From positions 1 through 32,249 of the forward strand of contig JBIKLZ010000008.1 of assembly GCA_044359535.1 (NCBI GenBank): a stretch of 32,249 bases of DNA. Direction: 5' to 3'. Positions 1-6,904 of the stretch are shown piece by piece (within the stretch, counting starts at the first letter, position 1; every line of letters begins with the position of its first letter). This DNA is from Chlamydiia bacterium. GTDB taxonomy: Bacteria > Chlamydiota > Chlamydiia > Chlamydiales > 2-12-FULL-49-11. A program made the position numbers and the translations under genes. The notes beneath the pieces were generated by a model. It ran no database searches. It was given only the letters and a program-made list of their open reading frames with translations, and was not told where the DNA came from.

Positions 1-38
1 TTCAAGACAGACGCAATCGGCCGCTCTGCCACTCTTCC
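1..38 (-). tRNA. tRNA-Ser(TGA), 5' half only (3' half runs off the window edge)
   Basis: Reverse complement reads GGAAGAGTGGCAGAGCGGCCGATTGCGTCTGTCTTGAA: 7-nt acceptor 5' strand, TGGCAGAGCGG D-arm typical of class II tRNAs, anticodon stem TCTGT, then loop CT-TGA-A. Confidence 0.85.
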
Positions 39-54
39 TTAATTTGAGTTCAAG

Positions 55-83
55 ATTCTACTCTTTCTCTCTCTAAAATGCAA
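55..83 (-). promoter_or_regulatory. sigma66/sigma70-type promoter for tRNA-Ser
   Basis: Minus strand TTGCAT (83-78), 17 nt, TAGAAT (60-55), 16 nt upstream of the tRNA 5' end. Confidence 0.65.
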
Positions 84-203
84 GCAGATTTCTAATGGGT
101 GGTAAAATTTTATGAAATCAAGGCTCAACGCCTTTTAAAACTGTCGTTTGAGAGCTCACCTCTCTCTATAGATTTTAATAAAACTCTTTTCATCACAAAA
201 AAT

Positions 204-1226
204 TTAAGGAAATTGCTTTAAAAATCTAAGATCATTTTCCATAAACAATCTGATATCATCAATTTCATGCATCAAAAGAAAAACTCTTTCAATACCGCCT
301 CCCCAAGCAAACCCAGAATAAACTTCTGGGTCAAGGCCCCCTTGTTTAAGAACCTCTGGATGGATCATTCCAGCTCCACAAACTTCCAACCACCCTGAAT
401 GCTTGCACAATTTACAACCCTTTCCATCGCATAAAAGACACTTTAAATCCACTTCCATACCCGGTTCTACAAAGGGAAAATAACTAGCTCTCATCCTTAA
501 TTCCACATCCCTTCCAAATAAGAGCTTATAAAACTCTTTCTGAGTAGAAATTAAATCTGCAAAAGTGACATTTTTATCTATATACATCACATCACATTGA
601 TGAAATATAACATGGGATCTTGATGAAACAGTCTCGTTACGAAAACATTTACCAGGACAAGCCATACGAATTGGCGGTGAATACTTTTCTAACACATGCT
701 GTTGAAAACTTGTAGTGTGAGAGCGGAGTAAAGTAGATTTATCTAAATAGTATGTGTCCTGCATATCTCTTGCTGGATGATCCTCTGGGTAGTTAAGCCC
801 TCCATAATTATAAAAATCGCTTTCTATTTCTGGGGCAATAAATACTGAAAAACCCATTCCAATCAACACATCAAGAACTTTATCTAGCATTTGAGATATA
901 GGGTGGTAAGACCCCACTTGTCGTTGCTTACCAGGTAATGAGATGTCTATTGTTTCATTTTGAAGCTTTGCTTCCATCTCTTGCTCTTCTAAATCAATAG
1001 CTCTTGTCTCAATTTCTTTTGAAAAAAACTCTTTTAAATCATTTAGAAGCTTACCTGCTTGCGATTTTTGATCCCCTTGAAGATCTTTTAACCCTTTCAT
1101 CAAATCTTGAATAGGACCTTTTTTTCCAAGGTAATGAACTTTCATCTCATCAATTTCTTTAACGGAAGAAATATTTTTTATTTCTTTTTCAAAAATTTTT
1201 TTAAGATCAATGATTTTATCTTCCAA
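204..1226 (-). CDS. pheS: Phenylalanine--tRNA ligase alpha subunit
   Basis: YLGKKG N-terminal arm, HPARDMQDT, LRSHTT, FHQ, YFPFVEPG, CxxC..CxxC insert, GWLEVCGAGMIHP, GFAWGGGIER. TTG start with AAGGGG upstream. Confidence 0.98.
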   Translation of the reverse strand: MEDKIIDLKKIFEKEIKNISSVKEIDEMKVHYLGKKGPIQDLMKGLKDLQGDQKSQAGKLLNDLKEFFSKEIETRAIDLEEQEMEAKLQNETIDISLPGKQRQVGSYHPISQMLDKVLDVLIGMGFSVFIAPEIESDFYNYGGLNYPEDHPARDMQDTYYLDKSTLLRSHTTSFQQHVLEKYSPPIRMACPGKCFRNETVSSRSHVIFHQCDVMYIDKNVTFADLISTQKEFYKLLFGRDVELRMRASYFPFVEPGMEVDLKCLLCDGKGCKLCKHSGWLEVCGAGMIHPEVLKQGGLDPEVYSGFAWGGGIERVFLLMHEIDDIRLFMENDLRFLKQFP

Positions 1227-1245
1227 AAGAAATCCCCTTTAAATT

Positions 1246-1273
1246 ATTGGGAAAGAATTAAATCTTTCCCAAT
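1246..1273 (-). terminator. Stem-loop between rplT and pheS (weak terminator or mRNA-stabilising hairpin)
   Basis: Perfect 11-bp inverted repeat ATTGGGAAAGA-(6 nt)-TCTTTCCCAAT just after the rplT stop; only a weak U-tract follows. Confidence 0.55.
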
Positions 1274-1279
1274 TTAAGA

Positions 1280-1636
1280 TTACACAAGTGCTTTTTTTGC
1301 AGCAACAACTACTGCTTCAAAAGCTCTTTCGTCTTCAATAGCAAGTCTTGCAAGGTTCTTTCTATCAATTTCGATATTGGCTTTTGTAAGGCCATCAATA
1401 AACTTGCTGTATGAAATACCATAGCATCTGCAAGCGGCATTAATTCTTTGAATCCAAATAGCTCTAAAATCACTCTTCTTCTTCTTTCTTCCATTAAATG
1501 CATTTGCCCATGCTTTCATTAAAACGTTTTTTGCAATGCGGAAATGGTTGCTTCTATCTCCAAAAAACCCTTTTGCTTGCTTTAATAAACGCTTTTTACT
1601 TCTTTTTCTAGGTACGCTATTTGTTACTCTTACCAT
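1280..1636 (-). CDS. rplT: 50S ribosomal protein L20
   Basis: MVRV..., [34 protein letters not shown] motifs; canonical position after rpmI. Confidence 0.98.
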   Translation of the reverse strand: MVRVTNSVPRKRSKKRLLKQAKGFFGDRSNHFRIAKNVLMKAWANAFNGRKKKKSDFRAIWIQRINAACRCYGISYSKFIDGLTKANIEIDRKNLARLAIEDERAFEAVVVAAKKALV

Positions 1637-1648
1637 GATCTCCCTCTC

Positions 1649-1846
1649 TTATAATCCATTCATAATGCGTTTAAATTTTTTAATAAAACTTTTCGCAACA
1701 AGTACTGTTCCTTCTAACCTTCTTTTTCTTCTTGAAGATTTTTTAGTCATAATATGACTTCTATTTTGCTGGTTTCTTAAAAGTTTTCCAGTTCCAGTTA
1801 GTTTAAATCTCTTTTTTAATGATTTATTTGTCTTTGCTTTTGGCAC
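1649..1846 (-). CDS. rpmI: 50S ribosomal protein L35
   Basis: PKAKTNKSLKKRFKLTGTGK...HIMTKKS...KRRL. True start is most likely GTG at 1846, with SD GAGGAG upstream, not the 1876 start in the ORF track. Confidence 0.96.
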   Translation of the reverse strand: MPKAKTNKSLKKRFKLTGTGKLLRNQQNRSHIMTKKSSRRKRRLEGTVLVAKSFIKKFKRIMNGL

Positions 1847-1850
1847 TTTA

Positions 1851-2405
1851 TCACTCCTCTTTTGGATCGCCCACATTCATTTCTTTAATTTTAACTTTCT
1901 TTTCTTTAGCACCAGGGGTCATAAGCATTGTCAACATTTTCCCCATCATCTTAGAGTCTCCATCAGAAGTGGCTATATCCTGTAAGGCAACAGAGACCTC
2001 ATCCATGATCTTTTTCCCGTTTTCTGCAAAAACAATCTCTCTTCCTCTAAAAGTACAACTAAATTTAACTTTAAACCCTTTTTCCAAAAATTCTCTAGCA
2101 CGTTTAATTTTAACATTCAAGTCATTGGTATCAATATTAGGTTTAAACTTAACCTCTTTTACCTTACCCTGCACAGTCCCTTTCTTCTGATCTTTTTCTC
2201 GTTTTGTTTGTTGGTAACAAAATTTTCCATAGTCAATAATTTTACACACCGGAGGATCTGCATTAGGGGAAATTTGAACTAAATCAAGCCCCATCTCCTC
2301 AGCTTTTTTTATAGCCTCAGAAGTTAGGTAGATGCCCATTTGTTTTCCCTCTTCGGAAATCACTCTCACTCTAAGAGATTTAATATCTCGGTTGATCTTC
2401 AAAAT
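1851..2405 (-). CDS. infC: Translation initiation factor IF-3 (probable non-canonical ATT start at 2405; alternative TTG at 2402)
   Basis: INRDI..VRVI, LDLVQISPNADPPVCKIIDYGKF, KEVKF, FRGRE motifs. Upstream reads GGGAAG-AATAG-ATT-TTG-AAG, with an in-frame TAG immediately before ATT. Confidence 0.97.
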   Translation of the reverse strand: MLKINRDIKSLRVRVISEEGKQMGIYLTSEAIKKAEEMGLDLVQISPNADPPVCKIIDYGKFCYQQTKREKDQKKGTVQGKVKEVKFKPNIDTNDLNVKIKRAREFLEKGFKVKFSCTFRGREIVFAENGKKIMDEVSVALQDIATSDGDSKMMGKMLTMLMTPGAKEKKVKIKEMNVGDPKEE

Positions 2406-2440
2406 CTATTCTTCCCATACTTTGCATTTCAAATGAAAAC

Positions 2441-2449
2441 ATTTTAGCA
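2441..2449 (-). promoter_or_regulatory. Putative extended -10 promoter for infC-rpmI-rplT
   Basis: Minus strand TGCTAAAAT (TGn-TAAAAT) about 35 nt upstream of infC; no good -35. Confidence 0.4.
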
Positions 2450-2474
2450 AAGAATACAATTAACTACCACAAGT

Positions 2475-3467
2475 TTATTCCATTCTTTTTTCTAACAAAA
2501 GGGCATATATGGTTTGTAGATTCATTTGTAAACTAAATTCTCCATTACTATATTCTCCTTCACCAACCAACCAAGGTATCCCTTTATAATCAGTGACAAA
2601 GACACGAGAGTTTTTATCCATTTCACCTTTAAGACCTAAATTTTTCAAAAAATCTATAGATTTTTTTAGTAAATCTTTTCCAGAAAAAGAAAAGGCACAG
2701 ACCATTCTTGCAAACACCCCCTCCTTTAAACCGTACTCAATTCCATTAAAACACCCATCAGAAATTTCATGACAATAAAAATCTTTAAACCCAGAAAGTG
2801 CAGAAAAGCACTTTGGGCTCATATTCAAAAAGATTTTTTCCCCAAAATAATCTGAACAAGAAGAAAATAAGATATCAAATTCCTTCTCTCCTTTGGATGA
2901 AAAGGCAACACTTCCCTCCTTAATCCAAAACCACCCCTTTTCCTCTCCAATCTTTTGATGAAGCTGTTCCATTGAACTTCTTTTTCCATCTTCAGATAAA
3001 AACGCAAACCCCTCAAGGACGTAGTGATGAATTTTTTTACCCATAAACTTACTTTCCCCTTGATCCTTTAAAAGACACTCAAAGCCCTTAAAAAAGACTT
3101 CTTGCTCTATTTCTAAAGTCAAAGGAGCGCTATATAAATCCATACAAAACATTGGAGTAAATGGCTCTTCTCTATCAATAAGGTGGGTTAAAAAAAATTG
3201 CCGTTGATGAACAAGCATATCACAAGCATTTTTTGAAACCATTTCCCTGATAGCTCCCTTCTCCCTTTTTTTCATTTTAAGGAAAAAACGCTCTTTTAAC
3301 ATCTTCATTTCCTCCAAAGAAAGGGTTCTAGAAAAAGAAAAGTGTACATGAAATCGATCAGGGAAAAGCTCAAAATCAAACAATTGTAACTTTGGGAAAA
3401 GCTCAATAAAACAGGAGGCTAAAAGATGCATCGCATAGTTTAACTCTGGTATTGTCGGATGTCTCAT
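2475..3467 (-). CDS. Degenerate threonyl-tRNA synthetase-like protein (editing/N2 domain plus shrunken catalytic core; no TGS or anticodon-binding domain; predicted inactive)
   Basis: Colinear by-eye matches to ThrRS: AMHLLASCFIELFP ~ CAHLLGHAIKQLWP; FHVHFSFSRTLSLEEMKMLKER ~ [28 protein letters not shown] ~ IYGTAW; HQKIGEEKGWF ~ HRKIGKQLDLY; VAFSSKG ~ VFWHNDG; YGL ~ HGL; VTDYKGIPWLVG ~ LYDCLDRAWQCG; LQTIYALLLE ~ MERFIGILTE. It occupies the thrS slot between tRNA-Val and infC. Confidence 0.75.
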   Translation of the reverse strand: MRHPTIPELNYAMHLLASCFIELFPKLQLFDFELFPDRFHVHFSFSRTLSLEEMKMLKERFFLKMKKREKGAIREMVSKNACDMLVHQRQFFLTHLIDREEPFTPMFCMDLYSAPLTLEIEQEVFFKGFECLLKDQGESKFMGKKIHHYVLEGFAFLSEDGKRSSMEQLHQKIGEEKGWFWIKEGSVAFSSKGEKEFDILFSSCSDYFGEKIFLNMSPKCFSALSGFKDFYCHEISDGCFNGIEYGLKEGVFARMVCAFSFSGKDLLKKSIDFLKNLGLKGEMDKNSRVFVTDYKGIPWLVGEGEYSNGEFSLQMNLQTIYALLLEKRME

Positions 3468-3540
3468 TGGGCCATACTGGGGTCGAACCAGTGACCTCTA
3501 CAATGTCAATGTAGCGCTCATACCACTGAGCTAATGGCCC
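3468..3540 (-). tRNA. tRNA-Val(GAC), CCA not encoded
   Basis: Reverse complement GGGCCATTAGCTCAGTGGTATGAGCGCTACATTGACATTGTAGAGGTCACTGGTTCGACCCCAGTATGGCCCA: acceptor GGGCCAT/ATGGCCC plus A73, anticodon arm CTACA-TT-GAC-AT-TGTAG, T-arm ACTGG-TTCGACC-CCAGT. Confidence 0.97.
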
Positions 3541-3559
3541 TCTTCTAAAAAGAAAAAAA

Positions 3560-3613
3560 ATTGTAACCTACGTTATGATTTTTCTTCAAGCAATATCAGA
3601 AGAGTTCTATACT
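3560..3613. promoter_or_regulatory. Back-to-back divergent promoters with overlapping -35 elements (tRNA-Val on minus; methyltransferase on plus)
   Basis: Minus: TTGAAG (3589-3584), 18 nt, TACAAT (3565-3560). Plus: TTCAAG (3585-3590), 17 nt, TATACT (3608-3613). Confidence 0.5.
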
Positions 3614-3619
3614 ATTTTC

Positions 3620-4144
3620 ATGAAGCCCCTTAAAATAGCCCACACCCTTTGGCAAAGCCATCTTTTAGGTAAAAAGTCTTTCGTAGTTGATGCAACCTGT
3701 GGAAATGGGTATGATTCCCTATTTTTAGCCTCCCTCCCTTGTGTCACACTTTATTGTATTGATATTCAAAAAGAGGCTATTGATCGGACTAAAAACACCC
3801 TTTTGCATCATCAAAATTGCACATTTTACAACACCTCTCACCAAGACCTCTCCTTTATTCAAGAACCTATTGATTTAATTGTTTATAACTTAGGTTACCT
3901 CCCCCATTCTGATAAATCTATTATTACCACTCCAGAAACAACCCTTTTATCTCTAAAATCAGCGCTATCGATTTTAAAACCTGAGGGAATGATTTCTTTA
4001 ATGATCTACACAGGTCATCAAGGGGGCAATGAAGAAAAAAAGGCGATTTTCTCTTTTATAGAAACCCTTTCCCCAAGGTTGAATATCTCTTATATCACCC
4101 ACCCTTTCAAAACAAATTGCCCTGAGATTGTCCTTATCCATTAA
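3620..4144 (+). CDS. SAM-dependent methyltransferase, YtqB/MnmM (rRNA_methylase) family; probable tRNA U34 mnm5 methyltransferase
   Basis: VVDATCGNGYDSLFLA, DIQKEAI, YNLGYLP..DK, LKPEG, YTGHQGG..E are hallmarks of this family. Start placed at ATG 3620 (MKPLKIAH) from typical family length. Confidence 0.85.
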   Translation: MKPLKIAHTLWQSHLLGKKSFVVDATCGNGYDSLFLASLPCVTLYCIDIQKEAIDRTKNTLLHHQNCTFYNTSHQDLSFIQEPIDLIVYNLGYLPHSDKSIITTPETTLLSLKSALSILKPEGMISLMIYTGHQGGNEEKKAIFSFIETLSPRLNISYITHPFKTNCPEIVLIH

Positions 4145-4203
4145 AAAACTCTTTATCTCAAAATAGATTCATGCTACACAAGGTATTTATTTAAGGGGGA
4201 TAG

Positions 4204-5013
4204 GTGCAAATAAAATTTCCAGTTACTTCTAACGATCTTTGTATAGATAGACTTGAAAGTTCTGTGGAATGTAATATTTTTCTTTCTGAAAAGAGCCTTG
4301 AAACTTTCATTTTTCAAATTCCCTCTCTTGAAAAAATGGATCCTTCAAAAGATCTCACTTGTCCCTATTTTATCCTTTCGAAAAAGCAAAAATGGATAGA
4401 AGAAATATCTGTTCGTTATGATCGTTTAAAAGAGCGTTGGATAGTAATTGAATTTGTCCAAAAAGCTCACAATTTATTAGATCCCCATCTTTTTTTATCC
4501 CTTAAAGAGGTTCAAAAACAAGCTCAAGATTTACAAGCTGATATTGATGGCTATGTAGAAAGTTTTCGACCCTCCAAATCTCATATGAAATATTTAAGAT
4601 ATGCAAAAAGGCTCATTCTAGAAGCTCTAAACGATGAGGCTTTTTTTATTCAGAGCCCTTCAAAAGAAGAGATCGCCACTCTTAGAGAAAGGGTCCCTAA
4701 CGAAATATCCCTTGAAACATTTGCTTTCGCTGAAAACCTTTATGAACTTGCCTCATATTTATTTCAAAAAAATATTTTAGCTTTTGAATCAATGCTTGCA
4801 ACCCACTTTTCTGAAAACGAGATCAAAGAATTGATATTTCATATCACCCTTTGTGAATCAAGTTTATCAAAAATCTCTAAAGAAGGGGAGCGATTAAAAA
4901 TTATTCAAGGAATTTTAGGGTTTGCTCACAGTTTAACAGATTATTATGTAAATGAAACACCCTACCCAAATATAGAAGAAATTAAGGTTCTTTTTTCTAC
5001 TGAAATTCTTTAA
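4204..5013 (+). CDS. Hypothetical protein (acidic, mostly helical-looking, 269 aa)
   Basis: Long ORF with GTG start and AAGGGGG SD; no recognised motif. Confidence 0.75.
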   Translation: MQIKFPVTSNDLCIDRLESSVECNIFLSEKSLETFIFQIPSLEKMDPSKDLTCPYFILSKKQKWIEEISVRYDRLKERWIVIEFVQKAHNLLDPHLFLSLKEVQKQAQDLQADIDGYVESFRPSKSHMKYLRYAKRLILEALNDEAFFIQSPSKEEIATLRERVPNEISLETFAFAENLYELASYLFQKNILAFESMLATHFSENEIKELIFHITLCESSLSKISKEGERLKIIQGILGFAHSLTDYYVNETPYPNIEEIKVLFSTEIL

Positions 5014-5825
5014 AAAGAAAAGTTCACATTATATGCAAGAGCATAAGAATCAGTGTTACTTGGCGCAGCAATTGCGACAACCCTCCGTTTGTATAAAAAA
5101 GACAGATCTCCCCAAACAGAAAATTTATATCCATACCCTAATTTTATATCCATGGAATTGTGGTCAATATCTCCATAGCCATTAAAATTATCAATATCTA
5201 CAACGGTTTGAGAACCAAATCCAAAAAAACCATCAACCCCTGCAGTAAGAATATGGTGTTTATAGACAACTGCTTGACCTACTATATCTGCTAATATCCA
5301 AGGCATTCCAACGGTTGCAATACCCACATCAAACATGGCAAAGATTTTTCCTAATAGATTTTTAGAGGGTTCATACTCTTTTCCAATAGATAAAAGAAAA
5401 TCAAAGTTATAAGATCCACTATACTCTGTAGCCACATCAACAAGGCGGTTTTTTGGTACATATCTAAAGTATGTCCCTATCAAAAGGGCTATAGGATCTC
5501 CAACTAAGTCATTCATTAATTGATATTTTATTGCCGGAGCTACAGATAGTAGATTAAAGTCCACTTTTTTTGAATTATCAAATTCAAGCTCACATTCGAA
5601 AAAGAATTCTGGGGTTAAAGAACCATTGATTTCAAACGCTAAAAAATTTACATAGGAAGAGTAATTAGGGGGATTGATCGCATTGGCAACACTTGGAAAA
5701 TAGGAAAAAGCATACTCTACCTTTGCTTCAAATTCATATGGAGGGGGGATCCATGGATCATTTGAAAGGGCAAAAAGGGGGAAAAATGCCCCTATGAAAA
5801 GAGAGGTTATAAACGGATATCTCAT
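5010..5825 (-). CDS. Putative outer-membrane beta-barrel protein
   Basis: Signal-peptide-like N-terminus (MRYPFITSLFIGAFFPLFA), many alternating aromatic/hydrophobic strands, C-terminal YALAYNVNFSF ending in Phe (BAM beta-signal-like). Confidence 0.7.
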   Translation of the reverse strand: MRYPFITSLFIGAFFPLFALSNDPWIPPPYEFEAKVEYAFSYFPSVANAINPPNYSSYVNFLAFEINGSLTPEFFFECELEFDNSKKVDFNLLSVAPAIKYQLMNDLVGDPIALLIGTYFRYVPKNRLVDVATEYSGSYNFDFLLSIGKEYEPSKNLLGKIFAMFDVGIATVGMPWILADIVGQAVVYKHHILTAGVDGFFGFGSQTVVDIDNFNGYGDIDHNSMDIKLGYGYKFSVWGDLSFLYKRRVVAIAAPSNTDSYALAYNVNFSF

Positions 5826-5830
5826 CAATT

Positions 5831-6775
5831 CTACACTTCCTTTGCAGTAAGAAACTTTTCTGCATCAAGAGCTGCCATACACCCCATTCCCGCTGAAGTA
5901 ATTGCTTGCCTATATCTTTTATCACATACATCACCTGCAGCAAAAAGTCCAGCAATAGATGTTTGGCTAGAAAATCCATTCACCGCAATATATCCATGTT
6001 CATCCCTCTCAAGATTGCCTACAAGAAACTCTGAATTAGGGCTATGACCTATTGCAAAAAAGATCCCCGATACATCAAGAGGTTTTACCTCTCCATCCTT
6101 TGATTGAAGAAGAGCTTGATGGACAACATCCCCTCCTTTTACCTCTACTAATTGATGATTGTAATGGATGGTTATTTTTTCGTGGCTAAGAAGTCTATCG
6201 ACCATAATTTTTGAAGCTCTAAATTGATCCCTTCTTAAAGCAACATGGACCTTAGATCCAAATTTTGTTAAAAATATAGCCTCCTCACAGGCAGTATCTC
6301 CACCCCCAATAACCAAAAGCTCCTTATTTCTAAACAAAGGCAACGCCCCATCACAGACTGCACAAGCGCTGATTCCTTTATTCCAGTACTCCTCACTTCC
6401 TGGAACTGTCAGCTTTTTTGCATAAGCACCTGTTGCAACAATCACAGATTTTGCCTCAATATTGCCCTTTTTTGTTTCAGCTATAAAAGGATATTTTGAA
6501 ACATCGATCCTTTGGACATCTGTTTCTAACACCCTTGTTCCAAACCGTCTTGCCTGCTTTTCAAGAATTGCCATTAACTCCTGACCATCTATTCCATCGG
6601 CAAAACCAGGGAAATTCTCTACCTCCGTTGTGGTCATAAGCTGACCTCCCCTAACCCCACCTTTTAAAAATCCAGCCACTACAAGGGGGTTTAAATCTGC
6701 TCGTGCAGCATAAATAGCTGCTGTCCAAGCCGCAGGGCCTGAACCAATAATTAGAATATCTACACTTTCTTTCAC
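5831..6775 (-). CDS. trxB: Thioredoxin reductase
   Basis: IIGSGPAA, GGQLMTTTEVENFPGF, CAVCDG redox motif, GGGDTACEEA, FAAGDV, QAITSAGMG. Confidence 0.98.
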   Translation of the reverse strand: MKESVDILIIGSGPAAWTAAIYAARADLNPLVVAGFLKGGVRGGQLMTTTEVENFPGFADGIDGQELMAILEKQARRFGTRVLETDVQRIDVSKYPFIAETKKGNIEAKSVIVATGAYAKKLTVPGSEEYWNKGISACAVCDGALPLFRNKELLVIGGGDTACEEAIFLTKFGSKVHVALRRDQFRASKIMVDRLLSHEKITIHYNHQLVEVKGGDVVHQALLQSKDGEVKPLDVSGIFFAIGHSPNSEFLVGNLERDEHGYIAVNGFSSQTSIAGLFAAGDVCDKRYRQAITSAGMGCMAALDAEKFLTAKEV

Positions 6776-6845
6776 AATGTCCTCAAAATTTTAAAATAAA
6801 CTATTTTTAGCCATTTCTTTGAAAAAAGCAAGGGTGTTTTTCCTT

Positions 6846-6874
6846 TTCGCATTAATAAGAGTTTTTGTTATACT
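6846..6874 (+). promoter_or_regulatory. sigma66/sigma70-type promoter of the pot operon
   Basis: TTCGCA (6846-6851), 17 nt, TATACT (6869-6874) with TGn extension. Confidence 0.6.
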
Positions 6875-6904
6875 CTTTCAAGTGTTAAAATGAGGGAGGG
6901 TTAT

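Noticed and set aside
120-160. Imperfect inverted repeat between pheS and tRNA-Ser
   Set aside because: Short interrupted stem with no U-tract; not supportable as a terminator or ncRNA.
39-203. Absence of pheT after pheS
   Set aside because: Split pheS/pheT is the known arrangement in Chlamydia, so it is not novel.
1819-2190. 123-aa plus-strand ORF antisense to infC (and similar shadow ORFs at 9301-9684, 10802-11095, 18852-19241, 19452-19826)
   Set aside because: They lie wholly or largely antisense to well-conserved genes, have no motifs or SD, and are typical codon-bias shadows.
2475-3467. Calling this ORF functional thrS, or a plain pseudogene
   Set aside because: It lacks the catalytic motifs and anticodon-binding domain needed for thrS function, but has no stops or frameshifts, so neither label is supported.
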